The notes under the pieces: model-generated
What the model saw: the letters and a program-made list of their open reading frames with translations, nothing else
The model's database searches: none
Told to the model about the DNA's origin: nothing
Shown: positions 61,181-64,000 of the stretch, in pieces
Layout of the letters: each line of letters starts with the position of its first letter
Numbering within the stretch: the stretch's first letter is position 1
Assembly: GCA_015058525.1 (NCBI GenBank)
Contig: SVCE01000014.1
Span: 2,573 to 66,572, forward strand
Source of the DNA: Clostridium butyricum
GTDB lineage: Bacteria > Bacillota > Clostridia > Clostridiales > Clostridiaceae
Length of the DNA stretch: 64,000 nucleotides
Direction: 5' to 3'
Program-made: the position numbers and the translations under genes

Positions 61181-63379
61181 CTAATTATTAACTCTATATA
61201 CATCAACTACACCTTTAAGATTTTTAATTCTCTTCATCAAATCATGCAAAGTATCTACACATTGAATTTTAACTTTTACATTTATATAAGCGTAATTTTC
61301 TTTAGCTAAATTTGCATTAATAGCACTTAACTGCAGCTTTAGATCAGTAATTACACTCATAATATCAGAAAGAAGTCCTTCCCTCTCATCAGCCATAACC
61401 TGAATTTCAGCAGAATATGAATTTCCTTTTGATGTTCCCCAGCTTACTTCTACTACTTTTTCACCATCTGTTTCTATTAAATTCTTTAGATTTTGACAGT
61501 CTTTTCTATGAACAGATACACCTCTTCCCTTAGTTATATATCCAAGTATATCATCTCCTGGAACTGGTGTACAACATTTCGCAAATCTAACCATAAGATT
61601 GCTCTCACCTTTTACAGTTATTCCATAGTTATTATTTGATTCACTCTGCCTTGCGGTTTTTGCTATCTGTTCTTCTATTGACTTATTTAATATTTCTTTA
61701 TTATCTTTTTCTATTCCATTGTCTTCTTTTAATCTTAGAACAAAAGTAGAAGCAGAAATACCACTTACTCCAAAAAGTGCATACACATCATCCATATTAT
61801 GAATGTTATATCTTTTTACTAATCTTTCATAGAAGTCACCTTTAGCTATATCAGAATAATTAACACCTTGCTTTTTAAGCTCTCTATCAAGTAAATCCTT
61901 ACCTTTTAGTATATTTTCTTCCTTTTTAGCTTTTTTAAACCATTGTTTAATTTTACTCTTTGCCTGATTACTCTTTGCAATATTAAGCCAATCCATATTA
62001 GGTCCTTTAGCATTTGATGAAGTTAATATTTCAACAATTTCTCCTGTCTTTAAAGTGTAATCAAGAGGAACTATCTTACCATTAACTTTAGCACCAACAC
62101 ATTTATTTCCTATATCAGTATGAATTCTATAAGCAAAATCTATAGGTGTGGCTCCGCTGCATAAGTTAATAACAACTCCTTTTGGGGTAAATACAAAAAC
62201 TTCATCCGAAAATAAATCTATCTTAAATCCTTCTATAAATTCTTCTGCATCTGAAGTTTCTTTCTGCCATTCAAGCATATCCCTAAGCCAAACAAGTTTT
62301 TTTTCAAAATCTTTCTGCTTATCTTGTTCAGTACTACCTGTATCTCCTTCTTTGTACTTCCAGTGAGCTGCAATACCATATTCAGCCGTTCTATGCATTT
62401 CAAATGTTCTAATTTGAATTTCAAATGTCTTCCCTTGTGAACCTATAACCGTAGTATGAAGCGACTGATACATGTTAGGTTTAGGCATTGCTATATAATC
62501 TTTAAATCTGCCTGGAATTGGTGTATAAATTGTATGCACTATTCCCAACACTCCATAACAATCTTTGACTGAATTAACAAGAACTCTTATTGCAGTCAAA
62601 TCAAATATTTCATCAATTGTTTTATTCTTATTAACCATCTTTTTATAAATACTATAGAAATGCTTTGGTCTTCCGTCAATATCCGAATCAATTCCTGACG
62701 CTTCCAATTTCTTGTATAAATCTTCTACTATCTTTTTTATGTAATCTTCTCTTTCAACTCTTTTTTCAGCAATATCTCTCACAAGATCATAGTATTCTTT
62801 TTCATGCAAATATCTAAAGCATAAATCTTCAAGCTCCCATTTAATCTTAGACATACCAAGTCTATGAGCTAATGGTGCATAAATATCAAGAGTTTCCTTT
62901 GCCTTACTTTTTTGTTTATTAGCAGGCATAAACTTAAGCGTTCTCATGTTATGTAATCTATCGGCTAATTTGATTATTATTACCCTTATATCTTTTGCCA
63001 TTGCAAGGAGCATTTTTCTTACATTATCTGCTTGCTGCTCTTCTTTACTCTTATATTCCATTTCCCCAAGTTTAGTTAATTTGGTTACTCCATCAATAAG
63101 ATTTGCTATTTCAGCATTAAACTTATTCACTACATCATCATAAGTATATTTTGTATCTTCAATAACATCATGAAGTAATCCAGCCACAATAGTGTCTGTA
63201 TCCATGCCAAGTTCAGCCAAATTTTCTGCTACTGCTATTGGATGAATTATATATGGTTCACCAGACTCTCTTTTTTGTTCCTTATGAGCTTCCTTTGCAA
63301 AGTAATACGCCTTTTTAACCATATCCTCGTCGACATTGTGACAATTTTTATGAATTTTTTCCATTAATTCATCAATCAT
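61181..63379 (-). CDS. relA: Bifunctional (p)ppGpp synthetase/hydrolase
   Basis: HD domain (LLHDVIED), RPKHFYSI, YQSLHT, TGS and ACT domains. Confidence 0.98.
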   Translation of the reverse strand: MIDELMEKIHKNCHNVDEDMVKKAYYFAKEAHKEQKRESGEPYIIHPIAVAENLAELGMDTDTIVAGLLHDVIEDTKYTYDDVVNKFNAEIANLIDGVTKLTKLGEMEYKSKEEQQADNVRKMLLAMAKDIRVIIIKLADRLHNMRTLKFMPANKQKSKAKETLDIYAPLAHRLGMSKIKWELEDLCFRYLHEKEYYDLVRDIAEKRVEREDYIKKIVEDLYKKLEASGIDSDIDGRPKHFYSIYKKMVNKNKTIDEIFDLTAIRVLVNSVKDCYGVLGIVHTIYTPIPGRFKDYIAMPKPNMYQSLHTTVIGSQGKTFEIQIRTFEMHRTAEYGIAAHWKYKEGDTGSTEQDKQKDFEKKLVWLRDMLEWQKETSDAEEFIEGFKIDLFSDEVFVFTPKGVVINLCSGATPIDFAYRIHTDIGNKCVGAKVNGKIVPLDYTLKTGEIVEILTSSNAKGPNMDWLNIAKSNQAKSKIKQWFKKAKKEENILKGKDLLDRELKKQGVNYSDIAKGDFYERLVKRYNIHNMDDVYALFGVSGISASTFVLRLKEDNGIEKDNKEILNKSIEEQIAKTARQSESNNNYGITVKGESNLMVRFAKCCTPVPGDDILGYITKGRGVSVHRKDCQNLKNLIETDGEKVVEVSWGTSKGNSYSAEIQVMADEREGLLSDIMSVITDLKLQLSAINANLAKENYAYINVKVKIQCVDTLHDLMKRIKNLKGVVDVYRVNN

Positions 63380-63459
63380 GAGGACTGCTCTCCTTCTATA
63401 TAAACTAAATTTAATTTAAATTCAAAGGCTGGTTTTCTAACCAGCCTAACTTTTTAATA

Positions 63460-63488
63460 ATTATATATTATTTTACTATTATTTTCAA
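63460..63488 (-). promoter_or_regulatory. SigA promoter of relA
   Basis: TTGAAA-17-TATAAT; 5' hairpin AGGCTGGTT/AACCAGCCT follows. Confidence 0.7.
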
Positions 63489-63610
63489 CCCTGATAAACC
63501 ACCTATAAATTAATGAATCTTGTTATACTTAAAAAATATTTTATTTCTACAATACAATGAAAAAAAATCATTATTATTGAATATTTTCATATAAGTTTTT
63601 AAAATAAAAA

Positions 63611-63642
63611 AATCAACAGGATACACAGGTATTCTGCTGATT
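63611..63642 (-). terminator. apt terminator
   Basis: Minus strand AATCAGCAGAATAC-CTGT-GTATCCTGTTGATT plus T-run. Confidence 0.75.
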
Positions 63643-63659
63643 AACATTTTTATATAATA

Positions 63660-64000
63660 TTAAACATCATACTCAACTAATGACATTACATCATAATTTT
63701 TTAACTTATCTCTTCCTTTAAGTTCAGTTAATTCAGTCACAAAATCTAATGAAACAACTACTCCACCCGCTTGTTCTATCAAGTCAGCTACAGCCTGAAC
63801 AGTTCCTCCTGTTGCAAGCAAGTCATCTACTACTGCAACCCTTTGTCCTGGCTTTATAGCATCCTTATGCATTTCAATTGTATCACTACCATATTCTAAG
63901 TCATAAGTTACAGATATAGTTTCAGCTGGTAACTTACCTGGCTTTCTTACTGGAATAAATCCAACTCCTAAAGCATAAGCTACAGGAACACCAAATATAA
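63660..64000 (-). CDS. apt: Adenine phosphoribosyltransferase (5' end off window)
   Basis: [25 protein letters not shown]. Confidence 0.96.
   Translation of the reverse strand, partial: IFGVPVAYALGVGFIPVRKPGKLPAETISVTYDLEYGSDTIEMHKDAIKPGQRVAVVDDLLATGGTVQAVADLIEQAGGVVVSLDFVTELTELKGRDKLKNYDVMSLVEYDV

Overview
AT-rich chromosomal window from a Clostridium sensu stricto species, probably the butyricum/beijerinckii-like group (inferred from gene content and choline-binding-type repeats). Almost all genes are on the minus strand. Left part: folC (partial), a TerC protein, a two-gene ABC exporter and T-box-controlled valS, followed by a GGDEF/EAL protein, a CoA-transferase, a YtrA-type GntR/ABC operon, udk, a glycerophosphodiester/G3P oxidation cluster and hom. 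Centre-right (about 32.3-52.1 kb): a Wzx/Wzy capsular or exopolysaccharide locus. It combines VioA, two tandem WbqC paralogs, a TupA-like ATP-grasp ligase, Ugd, a fused double GT4, a beta-helix protein and a degenerate SGNH protein. Right end: a stand-alone Cys-poor rpsD with a Fur-family box, then the conserved apt-relA-dtd-MBL-hemZ-hisS-aspS block. No CRISPR array, rRNA, tRNA, transposase or prophage was recognised. Best leads: (1) a possibly amino-acid-decorated, zwitterionic capsule pathway; (2) a hairpin/MITE-like insert that separates a Shine-Dalgarno from its start codon by about 120 nt; (3) a two-hairpin insertion in T-box stem I; (4) two small ORFs broken at A-runs; (5) candidate sRNAs; (6) a (TA)16 microsatellite. 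All product calls come from motif recognition by eye, not database searches.
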